From contig CM000207.1 in assembly GCA_000002445.1 (NCBI GenBank), positions 576,001 to 640,000 of the forward strand: DNA of 64,000 bases, given 5' to 3'. Source of the stretch: Trypanosoma brucei. Lineage: Eukaryota. Below, in pieces: positions 54,301 to 64,000 of the stretch. The notes under the pieces are model-generated. The model was not told the DNA's origin and did no database searches. It saw nothing but the letters and a program-made list of their open reading frames with translations. A program made the translations under genes and the position numbers. How positions within the stretch are numbered: the stretch's first letter is position 1; each line of letters begins with the position of its first letter.

Positions 54301-54546
54301 ACGCTCAAGTGAGGTAAAGAAATTTTCAACCATATCTGGTAGGGAAAGAATGCTCTCTTGCACATACTGTCTGTCGTCATCTGACGCTAAAATGGGGTGA
54401 GGCAACATCTTTGCTATTCGATCACATGTTGGTCCCATTAAGAAAGGTGTAAACGCAGTGGAGATTAACAACGGAGAAAAAAAACGAACAGGGCAAAGGC
54501 AATGAGAGAAAAACCAACTACGTGTTAAGCAATATTGGGGAGGCAA
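51367..54546 (-). CDS. Membrane-anchored serine/threonine protein kinase (STE-group-like catalytic domain), 1059 aa, with PAS-like and receiver-like regions
   Basis: Kinase motifs: GRGSFGAVYEA...AVK (GxGxxG and the VAIK-type lysine), HRDVKPQNILI, DFGTA, YMAPEV, DIWSVGC. Two hydrophobic helices sit near residues 190-260 (AFILVIAIFAASVVFTLVVLVTL; GLLVGLTAFLLVSVVSCGFLYLFV). There is a PAS-like stretch (HVDAQVVMIGFDDKYRITRWNMAAEVVTGF) and a receiver-like D-x-V-x-D block (DIDVIVCDRGW...YDIIVVPIS). Confidence 0.85.
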   Translation of the reverse strand: MPPQYCLTRSWFFSHCLCPVRFFSPLLISTAFTPFLMGPTCDRIAKMLPHPILASDDDRQYVQESILSLPDMVENFFTSLERVYTDGKCEEAKQAFATYHSIQTIVSVLCRVPASAYRTNDEKRSIDWEIYERIKRMGHLFLGDIVVVGPQSLNWRVPVMRLAEEVAQRMRCAYVEFPFMSVLLREAVSYSSVAFILVIAIFAASVVFTLVVLVTLPTLSPSTTVGLLVGLTAFLLVSVVSCGFLYLFVTSAKALKVLHTWILEERMYTVLLSSASSEGDLSTTGPSAGAAVPQVTRGHNTKNGYYTIPYGNALGYIEGKHVDAQVVMIGFDDKYRITRWNMAAEVVTGFLESGCVGKPLSDLVITPTGDIERDLAPLQVFSGEVLKLKLRAFATVPVTLFTVAVPILNQEGSLIGRILICANAKDNLGEYRTYIRDYVVSEVNLSLSEILEGKAVTPRGLSVIGPLQSFLEYGYGKQVEELARGMLAEWEWTSSEQLLGQMLRLSPLDHKTSVDSLFPGTLCLHPCIPEAVATLLNSLRVPCHLRLQILNSSRNTFALQIVATPVAQAAPSTAQISELREKLLPHLRSTCGSIREDDGTVVFRFPCQITAALEDIDDATFRPADALNERYVIDQTRAIVNCTVNVLTLITNLVDQHNISMILLRTMFVSLTSVRERCELEKRLQSSPSDIDVIVCDRGWLNSVQDLVHSLSYDIIVVPISEPGVRLALEGFQYVINTPISSTEVRKVLMAIGTAVSLRKNAATAQEERERILTLRQDSPWTKGVLLGRGSFGAVYEATSDLTGGKMAVKMFYFTEDLEESINALLNEIKIMCSLNHPNIVHYFHCERKENSVNLFMELCCCSLGDIIYGRSQKPPDLTVIKVLRQLLTALTYLHARGVAHRDVKPQNILIKGDVVKITDFGTARQGVGSEDVQGTLRYMAPEVYRGEDHCSPCDIWSVGCVAAELFDCPPLFMETPHMLADMTDVDYYVDGLTSNPVLCDFLRMCFCLQPEGRATAADLLLHRLFSSSCSAEVESLPDIFSREKQYVSSLTITTQPHS

Positions 54547-54944
54547 GTGAAAAACAAACTGTTGTTAAAGTTACATCATGCGAGTGATTCTGGCGGCGCC
54601 ACTTGCTATTAACGCCCGCCCACCACCAAATTTAGCCGTGTAAGCGGTAATTGGTACATGACATCTACAACGAAGCCTTCACAAGGGAGGGAACTGCCAG
54701 TGGCCAGTAACGTGTCCCCAAGCTACTGACCCTTTCACCTAATATATTGGCGAGTGATCACGCGCGCTTGTACGACCACCCGAGGCAGCGATCACAAACT
54801 GAGGGCGGAACTGGACAATGCACCCCTCCATCATTCTACCAGCTGTCGAACACTTTAGCCGCACAGAGGGCAATAGCAACCCGTCTCGCCTCCAGATCCG
54901 TACCGGAATAACATTTTTGAAAGAGGCGGAAACCGTCCTCTCTT

Positions 54945-56645
54945 CTATTGCTTTTCTGTTCCCCCCCTGCTTTTGCAACTAGACTTCCGTGAAGAAGATC
55001 TCCGCTTCCTACGGCTATGGCTACGGCTACGGCTACGACTCTTTCTCTTTCTTCTCGGCTTGCCCTTTCGGCGTTTCTTCCTCGAAGGAGAACCCAGGCG
55101 CGTGCCTCTCGAACAGAGCGTAGGTCGCCGGCGGCCCATATGAGGGAACGTAGATGAAAGCTCGGGTGGTATAGGAGGACGCAGGAAGCCCATTGTCCCA
55201 AAGGAGAACCGACGTAAGTCCAGTGATGTAGGATTTACAATAGGAGGCAGGTTAGTACTGCCATTACCAAGCACATCAGCGCTTATCAGCCCATATTCTT
55301 CGCGGCGATCCACGTAGTGGTGGGTAAGTCTGTCGGAGCACGAACCGATATTGTATGTCTTATCATCGTAGCGAACAGGCAAGGTGTCTGTGTATTTGGG
55401 TACGACGGCACGCAGTGCGTCCTCGGTTACTTCATCATCATCAGAACTGTCTCCTTCTGCGACGAAAAGGTTAACCGCAGACCGGCCAACACTATATTGG
55501 CGTCTTCCCTCTCGTTTCACCCGTGGTATATTGCGAAGCAGATCATCTGGTGCAAGGCTGTCGGTAAATGGAGTTGGACTCTTCTCGCGCAGGTGATCAG
55601 CATCGTCTATGTAGTCGTCAAAAGAATCCATGCTCTCACTATCATGGTCAGCGGCTGAATGGCTGAGAAAGCGAAGGAAGTCAAACGTGTAGTTGGCAGG
55701 ATCCACAAGCCCTCGGGATTGGAGAGCCTTTACGACACCCTTGACGTCCTGCTGCACCAGAGTTTCTCCAAGTCGAACGAGCTCCCAAGCACTCTCAGAA
55801 CAGTTTTTCCTTTTGCGTACCATCAGCACAATGCATGAATTATGCCCCACAGTCGTCACTTGCACGGGAACAATTGCTAAGGGAAGTCTTTCATTTGCCT
55901 TTTTTACCGCATAATACACTCCTGTCGCTTCGCAGAGGGGCACCTCTTTCGTAAATAAAGTGGAGCACAAAGAAAAACCGGCGCACATCGACACTTTCTT
56001 CAAGTTTGCAACGACAGTATCACCAGCCACCACCTTCGGACCACCAGCAGGTTCGAGGAAGTTGTCTGAAACTTTACAAGCAGTGTCAACAGAAACCACA
56101 TCGTGCGCCCTATGCAGGAGGCCTTTATCATTCGTCATCCTTCGCCCGACGCCAACATAATCAATCTGTCTCCCATGTTCTCTAAAAAGACAAGCTGTTG
56201 TGTCGAAAAATAATAATGGTTTACCGTCCTCAGGCAAGGGACGATAAAGGGTTATCTCAAGCTCGGTGACGTGACTGCTGATGAGTGAAGATTCGCCTTC
56301 TCCAAGAACTGGAACTGGAGATATCGCCCCTTCGGGGGAGTTAGTTCCTGACTCTGACGAAGTCATCCCCGCTTTGCTCACTTTCCTGACCGAGCCGCGT
56401 CGCTTTCCACGCCTCGACCCGGTCCGAGAGCGACGAGACGAACGACGAGACGAGCGGCGTCGCCTACCCTTTGATTTACTTCTCCGGCCACCTCTACGTT
56501 TTGTTTTAGATTTACTTTTTGATCTCCTCCGCCTCTGGCGCGGGGAACCCGCTCTCGAACCTTTTCTCGTTGGTGGCCCAGTGGGAATCTTTGTCCCACT
56601 CAGCGTCCCGGCTAAGCTCCGATCCTCGTCACTACCAAGATCCAT
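54945..56645 (-). CDS. Protein with arginine/serine-rich (RS) domains at both termini, 566 aa
   Basis: N-terminus RRRRSKSKSKTKRRGGRRSKSKGRRRRSSRRSSRRSRTGSRRGKRRGS and C-terminus RKKRRKGKPRRKRKSRSRSRSHSRRKRRSSSRKSS flank an ~400 aa acidic/globular core. I identified no RRM. Confidence 0.6.
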   Translation of the reverse strand: MDLGSDEDRSLAGTLSGTKIPTGPPTRKGSRAGSPRQRRRRSKSKSKTKRRGGRRSKSKGRRRRSSRRSSRRSRTGSRRGKRRGSVRKVSKAGMTSSESGTNSPEGAISPVPVLGEGESSLISSHVTELEITLYRPLPEDGKPLLFFDTTACLFREHGRQIDYVGVGRRMTNDKGLLHRAHDVVSVDTACKVSDNFLEPAGGPKVVAGDTVVANLKKVSMCAGFSLCSTLFTKEVPLCEATGVYYAVKKANERLPLAIVPVQVTTVGHNSCIVLMVRKRKNCSESAWELVRLGETLVQQDVKGVVKALQSRGLVDPANYTFDFLRFLSHSAADHDSESMDSFDDYIDDADHLREKSPTPFTDSLAPDDLLRNIPRVKREGRRQYSVGRSAVNLFVAEGDSSDDDEVTEDALRAVVPKYTDTLPVRYDDKTYNIGSCSDRLTHHYVDRREEYGLISADVLGNGSTNLPPIVNPTSLDLRRFSFGTMGFLRPPIPPELSSTFPHMGRRRPTLCSRGTRLGSPSRKKRRKGKPRRKRKSRSRSRSHSRRKRRSSSRKSSCKSRGGTEKQ

Positions 56646-57250
56646 TCCCTAAAAAATCACTAAACAAAGAGGGGGTCACGACGTATATGTGCACCCAGAG
56701 AAAGTAACACAGTCACAACCCCAGTAAAATATCGTAGTGTGAGCAATACAACTGGTTTTTAAAAAAAACGAAGCCTCGAGGGCTCAGCTCGTCCGTCCCT
56801 ACAAAAACAACATGCGCTAAGACAAGAGAACTTTTGCTTAGCCACGGCGAACAAGAAGTTGCTGAAGTTCACATAACACAACCGGAAAAAGCAAAAGTGA
56901 AAAAAAGTGGTAACAAAAAAACGGAAAAAATAAATACAAAAAATGGGTAAACTTTCCATGAACCGTAAGCACGAACTACACATAATTGAGCATACAAAAT
57001 AAACATATGCATTATAAACACCTGGAACAAAATAAACAGCAGTGCAAGACACCGGCTAAGCACCATGACCTTGTGATCATATGCAGCAAGGGTGAACTTC
57101 GGGTACTTTCCTCCCCCCCCAAAAAAAAAGCCCCTTAACCCATAATCATGTCAACTTACACAACAAAGAAAAAAATCATCAAATATTAAAAACCGAACGA
57201 AGCAAAATTAAACGTAAAAACAAGTAAGCGATTTTTAAAAAAAGGGTGCA

Positions 57251-57253
<3 letters not shown>

Positions 57254-57282
<29 letters not shown>
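57254..57282. repeat. (TA)n microsatellite
   Basis: Direct inspection. Confidence 0.95.
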
Positions 57283-57286
<4 letters not shown>

Positions 57287-58722
57287 CATACAGTGATAGC
57301 TGATCGTGAGAAGATGCACGGAGGTTTGATAACGACTCATTTTAAAACAATGGCGTACATGGGGGAAATATTTAAGTTCGTTTGTTTTTGTTTTTTTTTT
57401 TTAAACAGGCACATAACCGCCTTTCGTGGAGAATTTTCGGTGTCCACGAGTAGCCATGCCAATAAACCAAGTAAATTTCTTAACTACAGCTTGCCGAGAG
57501 CGAGCGTCTTATCGCTGGAGTCCACAATCGTAAAAATATTCATCACACGTCATACATAAATGGGAAAGAAAAAAACATTAAAATGTAACGTGGCGATGGG
57601 AAAACAAGAATTTTATCCACACAACCTTATGGCTCCACTATTTTCCCCCTCCCCAGCCTCGCGCACAAAATCCTACCAAATTGTCGCTGGTTACATTCTT
57701 CACCCGAAATGAAATGAGCATGTCCTGCATCCAATGAGAGAGTGAGTGAATGGAAGAAGGTCTGTTTTAAAAAGGGGGGGAGGAAGTCGCTCTTCAACAA
57801 GAAAACATGCTCGCCTTCTGCAATCACCATTTAACAAACATGGTTGAAGCAAACGAACCATCTTCCAAAACACTCGTTTTCTAGCTAATAACTACGTATA
57901 TGTATATTATAACTAAATTGACAAATATTCGTATTTGTATATAAACAACGACAACAACACCAATAATAATAATGGTGATAGCAATTGAAAATGTGCACCT
58001 CATTCCCTTAATTGAACACTTCCGTTGAAGCAGTAAATTAAAGGGAAACACAAAGCATTATAATGATCCCACGTTGAGTCCGAGTGGTGCGATTATGTGT
58101 CATTAAAGCGAATATTCCGTGGAAAGAACGGGTCTCAGCAACAGCATCACCTCGTCAGATCAGTATCCACTACCACAGTTCATTATATCATTTAATTTTT
58201 GCAGCATATCAGGTACCGACACTAGTTCTGGCATGTCAAAAACTGCAATAAAAGGGAAATGGCTAGCACAACTGCTCTCAGCCGGAGTTACCCTCAGTCA
58301 CAACAACCCATATAACTAAGCATTTTTATCCTACACTACCAAAGATAGTAAAATAAACAACAATGCTTGACAATGTTTTTACCCAATAAAAAAAAAAGGT
58401 CAGCTGGTGACAAAAGGATAGAAAAGTTAGAGTAAAACAGATACACCGAGAAGAAACATAGCGCACATTCCAAACGCGACAATTATGTTTCGCCCACCCA
58501 GAGAAAACGTATGTATTGTTCCACAACCCTCCGCTACGGTAAGGGGTAAAAGATATATATGTATGTGTCAACAAAACAGGCTAACAAAACGACGGAATAC
58601 AGTCCTTTACATCAACTCAACCCATTGGGTGTTATACTAGTATTGGCTATGGTCCTACTTTAAAACAATCAAAAAAATAAAAAATGGAAGTAATAACCCC
58701 ATCCGTGAAGATACTAAAGCTA

Positions 58723-59313
58723 CTAGTTACTGATTTTGTTCCCATCCTTGAAAATCTCAGGTCGTTCAATGACAGCAGGTGTCTGGAACACATGATCTGG
58801 TATCTCCGCTCCACGATAAAGCGATTCGAGAAGCGAGGCGGCACCTCGGGGAGTGGCCTCCCACTTCATGGTCTCCAGAAGGGACTTTGCCAAAAAATCC
58901 ACGAGCTCAATGTGTGGTATAACCACCTTTGCATAATCGTCATCAGGGTCAGCAAATGCCTCGAGGTGGTGTCCATCCATCTCAACAGTAAGTTGTCCAC
59001 CTTTGTCATCAAGGATTGGGTAAGCTGTGAGGCTGTAACACTTCAATAGTCGATGTGGGTCACCCAAGTGAGGTGGAAGAAACACCCGAATGTATGTCTT
59101 GTTTTCTTTGGCAACTTCACCTAATCGACGCAGAACATCGGCATCACGAGGATCCATCGTCGAGGCGTACTGACTTCTGATGCGGTCATTTACTTCGGGC
59201 TTGCGAAGCATGCAGCTGAAAATTGTGTCCAACGCCGCATTATCCCAACCTTTCCCAAAGAAGTTACGACTCAAAGGCACAGTTGCCAAAAATGGTGTGA
59301 CAAAGCGCTTCAT
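58723..59313 (-). CDS. Hypothetical protein, 196 aa (globular, protein-like composition)
   Basis: Clean minus-strand ORF with a purine-rich (minus-strand pyrimidine) tract immediately upstream. No motif I can name. Confidence 0.55.
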   Translation of the reverse strand: MKRFVTPFLATVPLSRNFFGKGWDNAALDTIFSCMLRKPEVNDRIRSQYASTMDPRDADVLRRLGEVAKENKTYIRVFLPPHLGDPHRLLKCYSLTAYPILDDKGGQLTVEMDGHHLEAFADPDDDYAKVVIPHIELVDFLAKSLLETMKWEATPRGAASLLESLYRGAEIPDHVFQTPAVIERPEIFKDGNKISN

Positions 59314-59830
59314 CTAAAACAATAGATCGTTCTATTATCTCTTCAACTTATCTGCTCGTTTGAATTGGGCGATCAAAAAAATACAGAAGATGTTTAGAAC
59401 GGTAAAAATAGGGGTTTACAAAAAAAAATCTCATCGGGAACAGGAAAATGATTTTAAACCAAAGAAAACTCTCGCCTTAACCCTCAATATTTTTATTAGT
59501 CGTTAAAAGGTCAAACGGCATTTTCGGTACCTAAATATTCCATGTAAGTAGATAGACAAGAGCCACCGTGCGATACTGACACCGCCTCAAACCATAAATA
59601 AAGCGGCGAGGGAAAACAACCCGACAATAGATGATGGGACCGACAGAAGACATATTTCGGGAACATATTGTTCCATCCAATTGAGGGGGAACAAGCAACG
59701 AAAGCGTTTTGATTAAATCCTATCTCTGCTTAAGTGTTACCTTACATTGACAACAAGTTCTTCTTTGTATCAACGACCACAGCACCAATAGTGAAACAGG
59801 AAGCGCAGATGCTTTCTATTATGTTCAAAT

Positions 59831-59866
59831 ATGTATATATATACATATATATACATATATACATGT
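59831..59866. repeat. Imperfect (TA/TG/CA)n microsatellite
   Basis: atgtatatatatacatatatatacatatatacatg. Confidence 0.85.
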
Positions 59867-62800
59867 AGTTATTGACAGTGTTTTCCAATAGTGTTGATAA
59901 GTGTGCTCTCGACTTTGAAACAATAATTTCACTCAACCGAAAACTACGAGAAATCAACGTAGTGTCGTATCACTAACAAAAAACTTAAGGTGAAAAAGTG
60001 CAAGAATAGTGCTAACGCACAGGAAAATCTGAGTGGAGCATTAGAATAATTCCACCATCAACAAACTGAGCATTACTACCCCCAAGACGTTCTTGGTTGA
60101 AATTTACACTCCGAAAAAAATCGTCAATTATGCATCAACTCTTTCCTCACAAAGTACGGTACCTTCAAGGCAACGCGACGTTGAAAGTTAATAAAGCTCA
60201 TGGAACCCATACATCAACCACATGTGCATAAAGCAAAAACATCTTTTTCCTTCAAAACAAGAAATTAGGCCACAAAACTTAAAGATCATTCAACCCCCCC
60301 CCCCTCAGTCAGGAGCTCAACACCACAGGGGGGGTACTCATCTCCCACATCATCGATGTTACGATTACCCTCTAAATAAATCCACATAATGTGGCAAAAA
60401 AAACCCTTCTACATAGACTAGAAACGTAAGCAGGTAACGGGAAACAATACTAAGAACATCCTTTGTAAGGAAAAGGAAAACGCAAACATCCCATAGACAA
60501 GAGCCAGGAATCACTGCGTATTTATTAGCATCCCGTGGGCACCCACAAACTGTACGCCGCAAGCAGTAAATTCCACATAATTAAGGTCAAAGTAATGTCA
60601 CTGTAGCGTCAGCTGCACCTTGCTTACCCTTTTAGGTGCCGCCAATAAGCATACCACTTGGACTACCAGACGATGAAAAGTTAGGTGCCCGCCGGCAAAC
60701 CAATACCAAAAATTAATAACAGTAATGATAACTTTCATAAGGGTGGGACCATGTTGTAGGTATGGACGGCATGCCCCACATGGCAACAAGTGAATATACA
60801 CCAACGCCAAATACCAAATGCACAACCTCAAGTTATCATCAAAGAAAAATATTAATATGGGCGGGAAATGACCAGCCTGACATGGGTTGCACTGGCCAGA
60901 GCGCCTCACCAACCAGTCAAAAGGCATATGGCGGGGGCAAGACACTTTCTATCTGTTACTACCCGAATATGCTCACAAAAGCAATGACATCACACAGAGC
61001 CACACTCTCTCTCTCTCGCCCTCCTTGTCTCGGTTGAAGGAGAAGCGTAGCGGGCCGTACCACCTTAGCCGTTCCACGAATCACCTAAGCCAATCCATCA
61101 CAGCATTCAACTCCACACAACATGTAACTCCGGTTCAGATTATACGTACGCAACCCCACCCCAACCCGCTCATCACATAAATTTAAAATATTGCGGTGCA
61201 TCCTCGCCTCGGTTTCTCGAACAAAAACAAGCAACATCCGCAAAAACTAAACAAAGTAGAGGGACCAAATATGAAAAGGCATAGAATGCGTCGACCCTCA
61301 GCAGCCGTCTCGAAACTGTTGGTGCCGCACCACACACCACAACAACTGCAGCAACAACAACCGCATTCGCTACCCATGGGATAAGAGGGGGGAAATGAGC
61401 AGGTGGGAGCGTGTTCAGGAAATTCTCCACGGCGAGGTAGCCCCTGAGTAGCGACAACCCGAAGCAGAAAGACTTGGGAAGGGGTGGTCGAGCCACAGCA
61501 GTGGCAACCAATCGACGCGCACCGCCAGCATACGCCAGACGGGGAAAGGACTCCCACGCCACCCCGCATTACAAGCAGCGCCGCCACCACAGCGCCGCAG
61601 AAAATAAGGTAAAGTCAGGGGGGAAAACACTCCAACCAGCAACGCGGTACAAATTCCCATACCTTTACCCATGCAGGAGTCGCCAACGTGCCTCAACCCC
61701 CAATACCCCTCGTCAGGAATAGATTGAAATGGAAGAGTATGAAAATAATCTGTCGCGTGACGTCCAACAGTAGCGTTACGGTTCAAGAATGGACACCAGA
61801 ACCCCCTACCACGCAGTTGTGCCAAACACCCAACAAAAAACACAGTCCGGACGAAGTCACCTCGCACCGGCCATATGGAGGTGAGTCCCAGGCCTGCCCC
61901 GCCCAGCACTAAGCACAATGCTGCCCATCTCTCTTATACAGAACGAACAAGGTCAAAAAATGTGCAAACTGCGAAAAAAGCCATCTTCTCTACACCGAAA
62001 GGGCAAATTTCAACCGGTGGAAGAAAAACGACCCCATCCACCCCTCACAAGAGCACCGGCTGCCGGCTGTGACTCAAAGAGAAAAGGAATGCCCATCCTC
62101 TTTCTTGAACACACGGCGATAGTACTTACGTTGCGGCGTTTCGCCGCAAAAAACTTATCCGCACGTCACAGCACACAGCGCAGTTTCCCCGTCCCACATT
62201 CACATCCGGCCGCTTCCCTGCGCCCCAAAAAGGTTATCGCGGGACGACCGGACGACACCTACCCCTTGGTGTGCGCTAAGCCCGTCCCCTCAGTTGACGA
62301 CAGAGATTCTGCACTTTATTGGCGCGCGTTTGGTATCTGCAACGACAAAAAACGTGGTGGGGAACCCCCACCGCAATATTCATCAAAAAAAAAAAAAGCT
62401 GGCGTTGTACGCGACACAACTTGCTAATGGAACTACCCTGTTGCAAACCGAGTGCCACGGGCCACTAAGGACAATGAACGCCACACAACGTTATTTACTG
62501 TTTTGGTGTGTGCCGCAACTCCGAAGAGCCACCAATTTCACTGCAAATATCCTTAAGAGAATCATATCCGTGGAAACACGATAACTTGGGGAAGCCGAAA
62601 CTCATCACACAGGAGAAACTTGGAAATACTAAGGACTAGAGAAATACCCACAGCCATACCGACGCACAGCTGCAACAGTCATTCATGATGGACCGCCCGC
62701 CGCAGCCCGGTGGGTAGAACAATATCGGGGACCCTTGTTCCGTGACAATGGGGTTGGCCAAAATGGAGAATGAGACGGATGCTTCCGCAAGTAATATTGA

Positions 62801-64000
62801 GCGGAAACGCCATGCAGCACAGAGGCGAACGTCTTTATATGGCGGTGCTCGACTCCAACGGTGTCAAGAGAAACGTTACAAAATGAGTATATCCAATAAA
62901 AACGGCCTGAAACGTCAGCGGCCGAGTTTAGTACAGTGCTTCCAGGCAGCGACCGCCGGATTTGGAAACAGAACAACGAGGCAACACCATTCCACGCACC
63001 AGTTAGTGATGGCCTGCGCCACGATGCCATCAAAACGCTACAAACACGTACTGCGGGTATACCGAAGGGTAAAAACACTACTGGAATAAGATAATGGAAA
63101 AGGGTTAGTTCCTGTTGAAAACGAACAGCATAAATTCGTGCTAAGACTCTTGAGAACCCCCAGTAGTTCCTAATTCCCAACCCTTCTTGACGACAAACTT
63201 GGTGTGAGAATCACATCGCACCGAGGGAGAAGATGGGCAATTACTCCATAACTCCGAATATATCTGAAGGGTTAAATCCTGTCCCATCTCCTTCCCCGCC
63301 CGACACTGACCATTTCAAAGGTGATAGAAAGAGAAAACTGTGAGAACATATGGCGACAGGTGAAACGGTGAAAGTCCAAGCGGGGGTTTAGCCACGCCAT
63401 CCTCTTTATTGTTTGTTCCAAATCACCTCAAACAGCGAGCTAAATGAGGGGTGCGCAACAAATTCGCAAACATGGTGCATCAAGCTCACCTACTCTCTAC
63501 ACCGCCTTCTTTCCAACAGATCAAGTGGCAGCAGCTCAATTGGACGAATCTCCCCGACTCCAACAAGTATAGTTTAACAAAGGTTAAACAAAAAGCACAA
63601 TCCCAAAACTCTGCTGTTACTAGCCGCAACTGCTTTCTTTCCCAACCTACGTCCCCTACTGCGGAACTAAATCACCAAAATAGTTTCCTCCCTAACACCC
63701 AAGCGATAAGGAGCAAGGCTGCTAATGAATATGCGCCACGGAATGAGCGCCGCACCTACGAATAGGACACGTAAACACATTGGTAGACTCAAAAAAAAAA
63801 AAAGAGGCATATATAGTCCAGAAAATCCTTTCGAGCTACTGCGACCCTGACAAGCTCCGACAACCACGTCAAAGCAAAACTATATTCCTCTCGTCACCTA
63901 TTGACAATCCGAGGTTTGTAGCGTTCTGTTCACATCAGGAAAAAGAATATGGTCCTGCACTATTCAAAACGAAAAAGAGAAGGCTACTACCGACAAGGCT

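Noticed and set aside
1-64000. tRNA, rRNA or SL-RNA genes
   Set aside because: I scanned for T-loop (GGTTCGAATCC-like) and other hallmarks and found none. No rDNA-like conserved blocks.

Overview
The window reads as a kinetoplastid (Trypanosoma-like) nuclear chromosome segment, not a prokaryotic locus. Every credible protein-coding gene (about 21) lies on the minus strand, with genes separated by 0.5-2 kb intergenic regions that carry (TA)n and (CA)n microsatellites, homopolymer C runs and polypyrimidine tracts. This is the signature of a single unidirectional polycistronic transcription unit, read from high to low coordinates, with no strand-switch region inside 64 kb. Almost all plus-strand ORFs in the track are antisense or low-complexity artefacts. 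I recognise the following products from motifs directly visible in the translations. Products: a UTP10/HEATR1-type giant HEAT-repeat nucleolar protein (2631 aa); an EB1 microtubule plus-end protein; a membrane-anchored STE-type protein kinase with PAS-like and receiver-like regions; a cytidine deaminase; an ELMO-domain protein; an ankyrin-repeat protein; a C2H2 zinc-finger protein; an Eaf6 (NuA4)-like small coiled-coil protein; a small RIIa+IQ (SPA17-like) protein; a signal-peptide/TM surface protein carrying 13 tandem ENTT[A/V]D hexapeptides (N-glycosylation sequons); a protein with RS domains at both ends; and an RNI-like LRR protein that runs off the window start. Non-coding highlights are a near-perfect tandem duplication with a 510 bp period in an intergenic region (candidate small-RNA/snoRNA array), AT-rich islands, a pyrimidine/purine skew switch, and a 4.7 kb gene-poor region at the 3-prime end of the window with frame-fragmented ORFs. 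I found no CRISPR arrays, tRNAs or rRNAs. All functional calls are motif-based inferences that need a homology search to confirm.
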